DNA from: Ilumatobacteraceae bacterium
GTDB taxonomy: Bacteria > Actinomycetota > Acidimicrobiia > Acidimicrobiales > Ilumatobacteraceae
Assembly (NCBI GenBank): GCA_031373465.1
Contig: JANMMQ010000056.1
Coordinates: 1-35,494 of the forward strand
Length of the DNA: 35,494 bases
Direction: 5' to 3'
Below, one piece after another: positions 15,497 through 24,954 of the stretch. The notes beneath the pieces were generated by a model, which saw nothing but the letters and a program-made list of their open reading frames with translations, was not told the origin of the DNA and searched no databases. The translations under genes were made by a program, and so were the position numbers. The number at the start of each line of letters is the position of its first letter. Within the stretch, counting starts at the first letter, position 1.

Positions 15497-17782
15497 ATGA
15501 CGCCAGTAGCCAAGCGACGGTTCGTCCGCGCCGACGGACCAGACAAGGTGACCGGTAGCGGGCGGTACACCGCTGACCTCACCCTCACGGGCATGCTCGC
15601 GGCGAAGTTCCGGTACGCCGGGATCGCGCACGCCCGCATCACCAGGATCGATGTGAGCGCGGCACGGGCCATTCCCGGTGTGATGGCCGTGTTGACCAAC
15701 GACGATGTACCGGACGTGCGATTCGGGCCGTTCGTACAGGACCGCACCCTCTTCGCCCGCGACGTCGTTCGATTCGAGGGAGAGGTCGTTGCAGCCGTCG
15801 CCGCGACAACCGCTGCCATCGCTCAGAGAGCAGTCGACGCGATCGTCGTCGAGTTCGAACCTCTTCCTGTCATCACCGACCTCGAGGCGGCACTCGCACA
15901 GGACGCGCCGCTGGTACACACCGGTTGGGCCGACTACGGCGCCGCGGGTGAGCTGGTGCGAAATGGCAACGACGCATCGTTCTCGTCGATCGAAAAGGGC
16001 GATGTCGATGCCGGCCTGGCCGCAGCGGACCACGTGGTCACCAGTCGCTATGTCGCCGACGGCAGTCACGCCGTGCCGATCGAGCCGCGTGCGGTCGTCG
16101 CCCAATGGGAGGGCAACAAGGTCACCATCTGGTCGTCCACGCAGGTGCCTTTCGATGCCCGGGGTGGCGTCTGCGAGACGTTGGAGCTTCCGGCCAACCG
16201 GGTTCGCATCGTCGTCCCCCATCTCGGCGGAGGCTTCGGCGGCAAGTGTGGTTTCCATTACGAAGCGCATGTCGCCGCGCTCGCCCGAGCTTCGAAGCGA
16301 CCGGTGCGATTGGTGTTCTCGCGGCGCGAGGAGTTCGTCGCTCCCGACCGTCGTCGCGAAGGGATGGTCATCGACATCACCACCGGGGTCCGCAACGACG
16401 GAACGATCACGGCCCGTCAGGCGTGGATCGCGATCGACAACGGTGCCTACACGGCTGACAGCGGTTTCTTCCCGCAACTGGCGGCGATGCACGTGTCCGG
16501 GCCTTATCGAATCCCCAACCTGCACGTTGCCGCCCATCTCGTGTACACCAACCACCAACCGTCGGGGTCGGTTCGGGCGCCCACGGCGCCGCAGGCATGT
16601 TGGGCCGTCGAGTCGCACACCGACGAGGTCGCTGCCGCAGTGGGCATGGACCCGGTCGAGTTTCGCAGGCTCAATGCGGTCGACACGGGTGTCGAAGGGC
16701 CCAGTGGACAGACCTACGGCGAGATCGGTGTGCAGCAGTGCATCGAAGAGGCCACCAAGTTGGTCGGGTACGGGCGATCCTTGCCCGATGACGAGGCGAT
16801 CGGCGTCGCGATCGGCTGGTGGCCGAGCTTCGCGGTGCCGTCGGGTGCCTACATCAAGATCGACGGTGACGGTTCCGGCCAGATCATCACGGGTGCGCAA
16901 GAGTGCGGCACCGGTTCAGTGATGACGCTCCGCCAGCTCGCCGCGGAGGAGCTCGGCATGGAGCCGGAGGACTTCCAGCTGATCTATCAAGACACCTCCG
17001 TCGCTCCGTACGACATGGGTGCCACAGGCTCACAGACTCTCTTCAACAACGGCCGGGCCGTCGTTGCCGCTGCGGGTCAAATCGCAGAGCAGCTCAAGGC
17101 CCTGGCGGCAGAACACCTCGAAGCGTCCGCCGCCGACATCGTCCTGGCCGACGGTCACGCGCACGTCGCGGGTACCCCGAGCTCGACGGTGTCGATCACC
17201 GAGCTGGCGGCGATCGCTGGCGGCGGTGAGCTGTTGATCGGACACGGGTCGGGTACACCGCCATCAGCGCCACCATTGGCGGGCTCCACGTGTGTCGGCG
17301 ATGTCGGCATGGCGTCGTTCGTCGCCCCGCAGTTCTCGTGTCATGCCGTGCGCATCCGGCTCGATCGCGACACGGGGGTGGTGCGGGTGCTCGAGGTTGG
17401 TGCCGCACACGACTCGGGAACGATCATCAACGAGACCGGTGCGCTCGGTCAGATCCAAGGTGGCGTGATGATGGGGATCGGTCAGGCGTTGACCGAGGGA
17501 ACGCTGTATGACGACGATTCTCGGCAGCGCAATGCCGCGCTGCTTGAGTACAAGTTGCAGACGTCCGCCGATGCGCCGGTGATCAACACGCACTTCGTGC
17601 AGATCGCCACACCGGACGCAGGACCACGCGGCGCCAAGGGGCTGGCCGAAGCACCCAACGTTGCAACTGCTGCCGCAATCTCCAACGCCCTCGCCAAGTT
17701 GCTCGGGGGCCCGGTTCGCCGACTGCCGATGACGGCTGAACGAGTCTGGGAGACGGGCACACAATCAGGGGTCCGTTCATGA
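15497..17782 (+). CDS. Xanthine dehydrogenase / aldehyde oxidase family molybdopterin-binding large subunit
   Basis: This is the 3' part of ORF 15146..17782. The start is ATG 15497 (MTPVAKRRFVRADGPDKVTGSGRYTADL...) or in-frame ATG 15458. The product is ~761 aa with the typical family N-terminus and length. The upstream part of the track ORF overlaps the protease gene. Confidence 0.85.
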   Translation: MTPVAKRRFVRADGPDKVTGSGRYTADLTLTGMLAAKFRYAGIAHARITRIDVSAARAIPGVMAVLTNDDVPDVRFGPFVQDRTLFARDVVRFEGEVVAAVAATTAAIAQRAVDAIVVEFEPLPVITDLEAALAQDAPLVHTGWADYGAAGELVRNGNDASFSSIEKGDVDAGLAAADHVVTSRYVADGSHAVPIEPRAVVAQWEGNKVTIWSSTQVPFDARGGVCETLELPANRVRIVVPHLGGGFGGKCGFHYEAHVAALARASKRPVRLVFSRREEFVAPDRRREGMVIDITTGVRNDGTITARQAWIAIDNGAYTADSGFFPQLAAMHVSGPYRIPNLHVAAHLVYTNHQPSGSVRAPTAPQACWAVESHTDEVAAAVGMDPVEFRRLNAVDTGVEGPSGQTYGEIGVQQCIEEATKLVGYGRSLPDDEAIGVAIGWWPSFAVPSGAYIKIDGDGSGQIITGAQECGTGSVMTLRQLAAEELGMEPEDFQLIYQDTSVAPYDMGATGSQTLFNNGRAVVAAAGQIAEQLKALAAEHLEASAADIVLADGHAHVAGTPSSTVSITELAAIAGGGELLIGHGSGTPPSAPPLAGSTCVGDVGMASFVAPQFSCHAVRIRLDRDTGVVRVLEVGAAHDSGTIINETGALGQIQGGVMMGIGQALTEGTLYDDDSRQRNAALLEYKLQTSADAPVINTHFVQIATPDAGPRGAKGLAEAPNVATAAAISNALAKLLGGPVRRLPMTAERVWETGTQSGVRS

Positions 17783-18678
17783 ACTTCACGATCGCCACCA
17801 CGCTCGACGACGCTCTCGCCGCGGTCGCCTCGGGTGCCCGGCCGGTGGCCGGCGGCAGTGACCTGGTCGTCGGGGCTCGCCAGGGCAAGGCGCCTCTGCC
17901 CGAGTCCGTCGTCGCCATCGACCGGATTCGGTCGCTCGGCGACATAGACGAATCCAACGATGGCGTTCGCATCGGCGCGTTGGTCACGCACGCCAGACTC
18001 GAGGTCGACGCTGGGATCGTGAGGACGTACCCGGCGCTGGCCGACGCAAGTGCGTTGGTCGGCTCACCGTCGACGCGCAACGTCGGAACCCTCGGCGGCA
18101 ACGTGATGAACGCATCTCCGGCCATGGACACCGGCGCACCTCTGCTCGTGTTGGCCGCAGAGATCGAGCTCCAATCGACGAAGAAGTCGCGGCGCATTCC
18201 CATCGGCGAGTTGTGGACGGCACCCGGCCGCACGTCGGCGCAGCCGGACGAGTTGTGCGTTGCAGTCCACCTCCCGACCCAACAGGCGAGGTCATCGAGC
18301 GCGTACCTTCGTCTCGAATATCGCCGGGCCATGGAGATCGCAGTCGTCGGCGCGGCGGCGTCGGTGACGCTCGACGAGGATGGAGGGCTCGCCGCGTTGT
18401 CGATCGCGCTCACCGCCGTTGCACCCACCATTGTCTCGGTTGGCGGCTTGGACGCACTCATCGGCCGTCAGGTCGACGCCGCGCTGCTCGCCGATGTCGC
18501 TTCACGTGCCAGTGAGCAGTCCACACCGATCAGCGACCTCAGAGCCAGCGAGCGTTACCGCCGACATTGCGTCGGCGTGATGGCATCACGGGCAGTCGAC
18601 GCAGCCGCGCGACGAGCTCGAGGTGAGTCGATCGCGGTGCCCGTCAACCGCAACCTCGGGATAGGAGCAGCGTCGTGA
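17779..18678 (+). CDS. FAD-binding medium subunit of a molybdopterin dehydrogenase (CoxM/XdhB-like)
   Basis: There is an ATGA overlap with the large-subunit stop. The product begins MNFTIATTLDDALAAVASGARPVAGGSDLVVGARQGK (AGG[ST]DL motif). Confidence 0.85.
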   Translation: MNFTIATTLDDALAAVASGARPVAGGSDLVVGARQGKAPLPESVVAIDRIRSLGDIDESNDGVRIGALVTHARLEVDAGIVRTYPALADASALVGSPSTRNVGTLGGNVMNASPAMDTGAPLLVLAAEIELQSTKKSRRIPIGELWTAPGRTSAQPDELCVAVHLPTQQARSSSAYLRLEYRRAMEIAVVGAAASVTLDEDGGLAALSIALTAVAPTIVSVGGLDALIGRQVDAALLADVASRASEQSTPISDLRASERYRRHCVGVMASRAVDAAARRARGESIAVPVNRNLGIGAAS

Positions 18679-19142
18679 GCGTCTCGATCACTCTCAACGT
18701 CAACGGAACGGACTATCCCGTGACCATTGACGCAGGACGCAACCTGGTCAGCGTTCTGCGCACCGAGATTGGCCTGACAGGCACGAAAGAGGGCTGCGAC
18801 GACTGCGAATGCGGGGCTTGCATGGTGTTGATCGACGGTCACCCGGTCAACTCGTGCTCCTACCTCGCGGCACAGGCAGCCGACCGACAGGTGTTGACGG
18901 TCGAGGGTGTGATGGTCGGAAACGAACTGCATCCGTTGCAACAGGCGCTGCTCGATGAGGGCGGGGTGCAATGTGGCTTCTGCACGCCGGGCATGATCAT
19001 CTCGGCGACCGCACTGCTGAACCACAACGCCTCACCGACAGAGGAAGAAGTGCGCATCGGTCTGTCGGGGAACCTGTGCCGGTGCACCGGCTACGTGAAG
19101 ATCCTCGCCGCTGTACAACGCGCCGTCGCCGACGCTCACTGA
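18675..19142 (+). CDS. [2Fe-2S]-binding small subunit (CoxS/XdhC-type iron-sulfur subunit)
   Basis: There is a GTGA overlap with the medium-subunit stop. The two cluster motifs are EGCDDCECGACMV and CGFCTPGMI...CRCTGY. Confidence 0.9.
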   Translation: MSVSITLNVNGTDYPVTIDAGRNLVSVLRTEIGLTGTKEGCDDCECGACMVLIDGHPVNSCSYLAAQAADRQVLTVEGVMVGNELHPLQQALLDEGGVQCGFCTPGMIISATALLNHNASPTEEEVRIGLSGNLCRCTGYVKILAAVQRAVADAH

Positions 19143-21328
19143 CCCTGCGTTGTGAGGCGCAGCAGGATCGAGGTCTCGGGCGACAGGATCGGCGCGCTGA
19201 ACCCGAGCGATGACAGCTGGAGCCCGGTCATCTGCAGTCCCTCCGTCAGCCATGCTGGTTGCTGCCGGGCGTTTCGGTGGCTCGTCCCTGCGACCGGGAC
19301 AAGTGAAACGTCGTACGTCCGAGCCGGATCCAGGCCGACGAGCCGCAGAGGTGCCGCGTGCAGCGATGGGCCCGAGCTCAGCCGCGTGCATGCGAACACC
19401 GCTGAGGACTGATCGAGAGCCACCACGCCATGCACCAGGATCTCCGGGTCCGGGTGATCGACGCGCACAACCGTGCCATGGTGCAGCAGAGGTCGCAGCT
19501 CCTTGTGGAGAGCGACGATCGCGGTCACGTCGGCTCGGTCTTCATCCGAGGCCTTCAACAGGTTCCATTCGATTCCGAGTGAGCCGAACAGAGCAGCGAT
19601 GGCCCTGAACCCGAGCCCGTGCGACCGCCCCGTGGTGTGCGCGATCGGCGAACCGATGTGACTACCCATCAACTCGGGTGGGATGAGCAACGAGAAGCCA
19701 CGCTGGATCTGCTGGCGGTCGAGAGCATCGATCGAATCACTGGTCCACGCCCGATCCGTGCGCTCGAATATCCCGAAGTCGACGCGCCCGCCACCCGATG
19801 CACAGGACTCGAACTCGACGCCAGGATGCCCGGCGCGGAGCCGATCGAACAGGTCATAGACACCGAGCGTCTGTCGATGGACCCCGGCTCGTCCCGCCGA
19901 CGTCGCCGCGACGAGATCGCGATTCATGTCCCACTTCACGTAGGCGATGTCGTGATCGCGCAGGAGGGCATCGAGCAGACCGAACAGGTAGCCACGCACC
20001 TCGGTCCGACCGAGGTCGAGCACGAGTTGATTGCGACCGAAGACTGCCGGGTATCGCGGATCGACCAGCGTCCAGTCAGGGTGGTCGCGGTAGAGATCCG
20101 AGTCAGGGTTGACCATCTCCGGCTCGACCCAGATCCCGAACTCCATGCCCAAGCCGCGTACGTGCTCGATCAACGGCGAGAGACCGGACGGCCAGATCTC
20201 GGTGTCGACCCACCAATCGCCGAGGCCGGCGTCGTCGTTTCGGCGGGCGTGGAACCATCCATCGTCGACGACGAAGCGTTCGACACCACACAGTGCCGCA
20301 ATGTCGGCGAGGCCTCGCAACGTGTCGAGGTTGTGATCGAAGTACACCGCTTCCCAGATGTTGAGCAGCACAGGCCGCGGTGTCGATGGATGCTGCGGCC
20401 TGGCACGCATGAAGGCGTGAAAGCTGTTCGACACAGCGTTCAGCCCGTTCGGGGCGTACGCCGTGTAGATGGTCGGCATCTCGTAGCTTTCACCGGGCCC
20501 GAGGCACACCTCCCCCGACGTCAACAGCTCCCCAACCTGCAGCGAGCGCCGTCCATCCGTCACCGAATCGCAGACCAGTTCGAAGTTCCCGCTCCATCCG
20601 ATGTGGCACCCCCACACCTCCCCGCTGTGTTCTGTGAAGAACGGGGTCCCTGCGAACACCATTCCGAGTCGCTCGTGTGAGGTCCTGCCACGGCGATTTT
20701 CGATCGTCAGGCAGTTCCTCCTCCACGGCGTGCGCGTCAGGCCGAACTCGTTCGCCCATCGCCCGCCTACCGTCAGCAACTCCTCGGCCTCAGCAGGAAC
20801 CGGGAGGCTCAGTCGCAGCGCATTGAGCCAATACTGGGTTTCGCCGTCGTTCGACAGCGAAGTGTTGAACACGGCGACGCCACTCTCATGGAGGACGACG
20901 GTGATGGTGAGCGAAAGCCCTGCCGCTTCGTCCACGAGCCCGAACTCCGCTCGGCGTTCGTCGGTGTGGCTCGAATGCAATGCGAACTGCGGGGTGAAAT
21001 CGCCACCATCGTCGCGGTGACCCTCGATGCCCGGCCGGCCGGAGTAGCCGACACTGGACTCTGCGATCAGACCAACCGGCGGGTCGATGTCGAGACCACC
21101 GCGCGGCACGGGCCGCTCGACCGCACGCAGCAATCGCTGGTCCGCTTCGCCGAGAGGCGCCCCCCAATGAACGAGGCTCGGCATGCCGCCTGTGCTTACG
21201 ATCAGCAGACTTGGCCCCCCGTTCGTGAGGTGCGCGAGGCGCGCCGCTTCGTCATCCGCTCGGACAGTCACGCCGGGCACGATACTTTCAGTTCTTGCTG
21301 TCGGACCATCTGCTGATGACGCTGACAT
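19136..21328 (-). CDS. Alpha-galactosidase, glycoside hydrolase family 36
   Basis: The product is 730 aa with FVVDDGWF, KWDMNRD and ESCASGGGR motifs. The start is uncertain. ATG 21328 overlaps the upstream gene by 41 nt. GTG 21280 lies 8 nt after that gene's stop, with GAAAG just upstream. The 3' end overlaps the convergent 2Fe-2S gene by 7 nt. Confidence 0.85.
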   Translation of the reverse strand: MSASSADGPTARTESIVPGVTVRADDEAARLAHLTNGGPSLLIVSTGGMPSLVHWGAPLGEADQRLLRAVERPVPRGGLDIDPPVGLIAESSVGYSGRPGIEGHRDDGGDFTPQFALHSSHTDERRAEFGLVDEAAGLSLTITVVLHESGVAVFNTSLSNDGETQYWLNALRLSLPVPAEAEELLTVGGRWANEFGLTRTPWRRNCLTIENRRGRTSHERLGMVFAGTPFFTEHSGEVWGCHIGWSGNFELVCDSVTDGRRSLQVGELLTSGEVCLGPGESYEMPTIYTAYAPNGLNAVSNSFHAFMRARPQHPSTPRPVLLNIWEAVYFDHNLDTLRGLADIAALCGVERFVVDDGWFHARRNDDAGLGDWWVDTEIWPSGLSPLIEHVRGLGMEFGIWVEPEMVNPDSDLYRDHPDWTLVDPRYPAVFGRNQLVLDLGRTEVRGYLFGLLDALLRDHDIAYVKWDMNRDLVAATSAGRAGVHRQTLGVYDLFDRLRAGHPGVEFESCASGGGRVDFGIFERTDRAWTSDSIDALDRQQIQRGFSLLIPPELMGSHIGSPIAHTTGRSHGLGFRAIAALFGSLGIEWNLLKASDEDRADVTAIVALHKELRPLLHHGTVVRVDHPDPEILVHGVVALDQSSAVFACTRLSSGPSLHAAPLRLVGLDPARTYDVSLVPVAGTSHRNARQQPAWLTEGLQMTGLQLSSLGFSAPILSPETSILLRLTTQGQ

Positions 21329-22922
21329 CGGCGACGAACCTGACCGCGTTGTCGGGAGCCCACTGTCCAGCTGCGTCCATCAGACAATCCATGATCAATT
21401 GGGCGACGGCAGATCCCTGGTCCGCCGGCGCGTGAACGAGCAACTCGTCGTGCAGGCACAGCACGATCTCGGCGTCGTGCTCCCCTGCTCTGGTGCGCAC
21501 CATCACCGCCCACACCTTGAAGAACTCGGCCGCGGCGCCTTGAACCATCGCGTTGCGGCCGTATCGACCTCGCGCCGCTGCCCTGCTGCGATTGTCGCGG
21601 TCGCTCAGTGCTTCGGCAACCGCCGACCCCATGCGAACGAGCCGACCGCCATACGTTCGAATGTCGCGGCCCACCTGACCGGAAACATCGGCATCGGTGA
21701 GATATCGCATTGCCACGGGATATGCCTGTTCGAGGCCGCGCAATGCGGCTGCGCCGTGACCGGTCGTCTGCCCGTACATCGCCCCGAGCACCGCGACCTT
21801 CGCAGTAGCGCGGTCGACGCCCAGCTGCTCGGCCACCGGCAGGTACATGTCGTCCTGCACGGCGGCCTCGGCGAGCGCCTGATCACCCGACACCGCGGCG
21901 AGGATGCGCGGCTCGATCTGCCCGAGATCGGCGCGGATGAACACGTAGCCGTCGTTGGCGATCACGGCAGGGCGCAAGTGCGCAGGCATGTTGTGCAGAC
22001 CGGCCGATGCTGTCATTCGGCCCGCGGCGCCATCGCTTGCCGACCACTCGCCGCGAAGTCGACCGTCGCCTCCCAAGTGCTCGTCCAACCAGCCGTATCC
22101 GAACGTTGTCGCGATCCGTTCCGCCTTGCGCCATTCCAATAGTGCGTCGACCAGCGGATGAGATCCACGAATCGCCTCCAGCCGCCACGCCCGCGTGTCC
22201 GGCAGCTCGACGCCGATACCGCGCAACAACGACTTCACCTGAGCGGGGTTGCGAAGATCGCAGTTCGGGTTCGACGAGTGACGCAACACCTCCATGTCGC
22301 GCGCCAGCCGTTGCTCTGCCGCCTCCGTCTCCGTTCGTGGACGCGGTCCGACGAACGATTCGATGATCGATTCGGCGATTCCACGATCCATGGGCAGCCC
22401 GTCGGCTGAAAGTTCGGCACACAGCAGCTCAGCGGCGGACTCCGATCGGGCAGTCGACAAGGCCTTTGGTCGATCCCCGAGGATTGCCAATCGTGCCTGC
22501 TGCAGCGACGCGACCTGCGCGGCCAGTTGCGCCCAACGTGCGAGCCGTGCCGGCGTCCACGCGAAGTCGGGCGCCAGCCATTCCGGCTTGAGGAACCCGT
22601 CATCGCGAACCGGTTCATCCGCCTGGCGATCGTCGTCTGGCTCGGTGAACAAGTCGACAGGGGCAACAACCGGTGGTTCTCCGTCGAGATCGTGCAGCTC
22701 GGCCCACGCCCGGCCGGGATCTGTTCGCCAACCACCTACGAGCAATCGTTGAACCGCGGCGACGTCCCAGCACTTGGCCGGGCGCAACCCACCATCGACG
22801 AGCAGGCCCATCGGCTCGCGGCCCCACAGCACCCACCGAGGGCGCACGTCGTCTTCGATCGCACGAATCAGTTCGACAGGAGTCTCGCTGGCGACGTGCT
22901 TTGACCAAGTCTCGGTCGCCAA
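21288..22922 (-). CDS. Stand-alone family-A DNA polymerase-like protein ('bifunctional 3'-5' exonuclease/DNA polymerase' type) with a poorly conserved N-terminal domain
   Basis: Motif A-like FIRADLGQIEPRIL, motif B-like RATAKVAVLGAMYGQT and motif C-like LCLHDELLV are present. The track start is TTG at 22922, so the true start is uncertain (a GTG at ...DDVRPRW is possible). Confidence 0.75.
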   Translation of the reverse strand: MATETWSKHVASETPVELIRAIEDDVRPRWVLWGREPMGLLVDGGLRPAKCWDVAAVQRLLVGGWRTDPGRAWAELHDLDGEPPVVAPVDLFTEPDDDRQADEPVRDDGFLKPEWLAPDFAWTPARLARWAQLAAQVASLQQARLAILGDRPKALSTARSESAAELLCAELSADGLPMDRGIAESIIESFVGPRPRTETEAAEQRLARDMEVLRHSSNPNCDLRNPAQVKSLLRGIGVELPDTRAWRLEAIRGSHPLVDALLEWRKAERIATTFGYGWLDEHLGGDGRLRGEWSASDGAAGRMTASAGLHNMPAHLRPAVIANDGYVFIRADLGQIEPRILAAVSGDQALAEAAVQDDMYLPVAEQLGVDRATAKVAVLGAMYGQTTGHGAAALRGLEQAYPVAMRYLTDADVSGQVGRDIRTYGGRLVRMGSAVAEALSDRDNRSRAAARGRYGRNAMVQGAAAEFFKVWAVMVRTRAGEHDAEIVLCLHDELLVHAPADQGSAVAQLIMDCLMDAAGQWAPDNAVRFVADVSVISRWSDSKN

Positions 22923-22978
22923 CGCGAAGCCGACGCGAGGAGCGAGCGCCAGGGCGAGGAACGCGCCCCTTTCAAGGT

Positions 22979-23536
22979 CTACAGCTGGACGCCGAACTGC
23001 TTCAGGAACGTCAGCAGGTCGTCGGCGTGCTCTTCTTCGACCGCCAGGATGCTCTCCATCAAACGACGGGTCGTGATGTCGCTGTCGCCGATCCAGCGGA
23101 TGATCTCGGTGTACGAAGCGATAGCGACCCGCTCGGCGACGAGGTCCTCAGTGATCATGTCGATGAGGCTGTCGCCCGGAACATACTCGGCGTGGCTGCG
23201 CTCAACCAGAGTTGCGGGGTTGAAGTCGGGCTCACCCTGAAGCTGCACGATCCTGGCCGCGATCTGGTCGGCGTGACCCTGCTCTTCAGTGGCGTGCTGC
23301 AGGAACTCCGCAGCGACCGGGGCGGAGTTGATGCCCTCGGCCATGTAGTAGTGGCGCTTGTACCGCAACACGCATACCAGCTCGGTGGCGAGTGCTTCAT
23401 TGAGCACCTTGACGACACGTTCCTGCTCGGGGCCATAATCCTCGGTCAGCGGTCCACGTTCGATGTGATTTCTGGCGTTCTCGCGCAGCTTCTGCACATC
23501 GGATAGGTGAGTGCCCACGCCAGTCTTAGTGCTCAT
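22979..23536 (-). CDS. Ferritin-like / bacterioferritin-family protein
   Basis: The product is 185 aa. It has four-helix-bundle di-iron motifs: NEALATELVCVLRY, EEQGHADQIAARI and ILAVEEEHADDL. Confidence 0.65.
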   Translation of the reverse strand: MSTKTGVGTHLSDVQKLRENARNHIERGPLTEDYGPEQERVVKVLNEALATELVCVLRYKRHYYMAEGINSAPVAAEFLQHATEEQGHADQIAARIVQLQGEPDFNPATLVERSHAEYVPGDSLIDMITEDLVAERVAIASYTEIIRWIGDSDITTRRLMESILAVEEEHADDLLTFLKQFGVQL

Positions 23537-23632
23537 CGTTCACTCTCTTCCGGTTCGATTTGGCCTTCGCCCTGTGACGTTAGCTCCGAGATCCATCTGG
23601 CGAACAGCCGGTGCGCCGGAGAGAATGCAGCC

Positions 23633-24952
23633 ATGACGGATCCACGAACACTCATCTCCGCGGCGGTACTCGACAGTGACGATCCGCGAGGGCTCGCTGC
23701 ATTCTACGAGAGGTTGCTGGGATGGTCGGTGACGGCCAACGAGCCGGCCAGACCGGGCGCCGCTACTGAGGATGGATGGGTGATGCTGAAACCCCCGGCC
23801 GGCGGGACGGGCCTGTCGTTCCAGTACGAGGCCGACTACGTCGCCCCCCTCTGGCCGGCTGCGTCGGGCGAGCAGCAAATGATGGTTCACCTCGACATAG
23901 CGGTCGAGGACCTCGACGCGGGCGTCGCGGTCGCAAGTGATCTGGGGGCCGCCCTCGCCGAGCATCAGCCGCAGGAAGGTGTTCGCGTCATGCTCGATCC
24001 GGCGGGCCATCCTTTCTGCCTGTTCGTCGCCAGTGAAGGTGACGGCGATGGACGCGACTGGTCGTCAGGTGCCGCATACATCGACGGTGCGTTCTGTCCC
24101 ATTGCCGAGGCAAAGATCTCGATCCTCGACATGGGGATGACACGCTCCGACTGCACGTACGACGTGGTCAGCGTGTGGGACGGCCGATTCTTCCGACTCG
24201 ACGCCCACCTCGAGCGCTTCATGCACAGCGCCGCGCAACTCCGGCTCGACATCGGCATGACACGTGAGCAGTTGGAATCAGTACTCCATGAATGCGTCAG
24301 CCGAGCGGGTCTGCAACGCGCATACGTCTCGATGACCTGCACGCGTGGACGTCCTGCCGCTGGGAGCCGCGACCTGCGCACCTGTCGCAACAACCTCTAC
24401 TGCTTCGCGGTGCCGTACATCTGGGTCAGCCCCGAAGAACAACAAGCGGTGGGTGCGAGCATGTGGATCAGCGAAATCCCGCGCATTCCGCCCGAAAGCG
24501 TTGATCCGTCCGTCAAGAACTACCACTGGCTCGATCTCGACATGGCTCAGTTCGATGCCTACGATCACGACGCGCAGATGGTCGTGCTCCGTGACATGAG
24601 CGGCGCGATCACCGAGGGTCCCGGCTACAACATCTTCGCGTTTGTCGACGGTCGCTGGCTCACTCCGGCGACTGGAACACTGCTGGGGGTCACCCGGCGC
24701 ACACTCCTCGAGCTCTGCGCAGAGGCCGGAGCGCCGGCCGAGCAGGCCCGCATGACGGCCGACGACCTGCTGCAAGCCGACGAGGTGCTGACCTGCACGA
24801 CAGCCGGAGGTGTGATGCCCGTGACGCGGCTCAACGGCCAGCCGATCGGTGATGGTCGCGTCGGGCCGCGCACGACGGAGCTGCGCGATCGATACTGGAA
24901 GCGTCACGTCGATCCAGCCTGGTCCACACCGGTCCGCTACGCGAGCCTCTAG
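23633..24952 (+). CDS. Fusion protein: N-terminal VOC/glyoxalase-fold domain + fold-type-IV (class IV) aminotransferase resembling (R)-selective amine transaminases
   Basis: This is the 3' part of ORF 23507..24952; ATG 23633 gives MTDPRTLISAAVLDSDDPRGLAAFYERLLGWSV...MLDPAGHPFCLF (VOC domain). A linker VASEGDGDGRDWSSG follows. The aminotransferase part reads AAYIDGAFCPIAEAKISILDMG...TYDVVSVWDGRFFRLDAHLERF...NNLYCFAVPYIWV...DPSVKNYHWLDL...TCTTAGGVMPVTRLNG. There is no in-frame ATG or GTG in the linker. Confidence 0.75.
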   Translation: MTDPRTLISAAVLDSDDPRGLAAFYERLLGWSVTANEPARPGAATEDGWVMLKPPAGGTGLSFQYEADYVAPLWPAASGEQQMMVHLDIAVEDLDAGVAVASDLGAALAEHQPQEGVRVMLDPAGHPFCLFVASEGDGDGRDWSSGAAYIDGAFCPIAEAKISILDMGMTRSDCTYDVVSVWDGRFFRLDAHLERFMHSAAQLRLDIGMTREQLESVLHECVSRAGLQRAYVSMTCTRGRPAAGSRDLRTCRNNLYCFAVPYIWVSPEEQQAVGASMWISEIPRIPPESVDPSVKNYHWLDLDMAQFDAYDHDAQMVVLRDMSGAITEGPGYNIFAFVDGRWLTPATGTLLGVTRRTLLELCAEAGAPAEQARMTADDLLQADEVLTCTTAGGVMPVTRLNGQPIGDGRVGPRTTELRDRYWKRHVDPAWSTPVRYASL

Positions 24953-24954
24953 TC

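Noticed and set aside
13655-15819. N-terminal extensions of track ORFs 13337..14638 and 13663..15819.
   Set aside because: The extensions are Arg/His/Pro-rich, overlap neighbouring genes, and precede obvious native N-termini (MPKWIVACG...; MIFKRDYSL...). I trimmed both to the internal ATGs at 13654 and 14715.
14864-16900. A 678-aa minus-strand ORF, plus the + strand ORFs 15705..16922 and 14817..15323.
   Set aside because: These are antisense or off-frame shadows of the protease and molybdoenzyme large-subunit genes. They are low-complexity, Arg/Pro-rich translations with no motifs.
19136-19142. A 7-nt convergent overlap of the 2Fe-2S subunit and alpha-galactosidase 3' ends. Also the small ACCCTC-N5-GAGGGT hairpin at 13308..13324 between convergent genes.
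   Set aside because: Such short overlaps are common in compact high-GC genomes. The hairpin is only 6 bp with no U-tract, so I do not call a terminator.
23537-23632. I looked for an IdeR/DtxR iron box upstream of the ferritin-like gene. I also looked for SOS/LexA-type boxes upstream of the polymerase-like gene and Ku.
   Set aside because: I could find no convincing match to the consensus palindromes by eye (only partial strings such as GTTAGCTCC).
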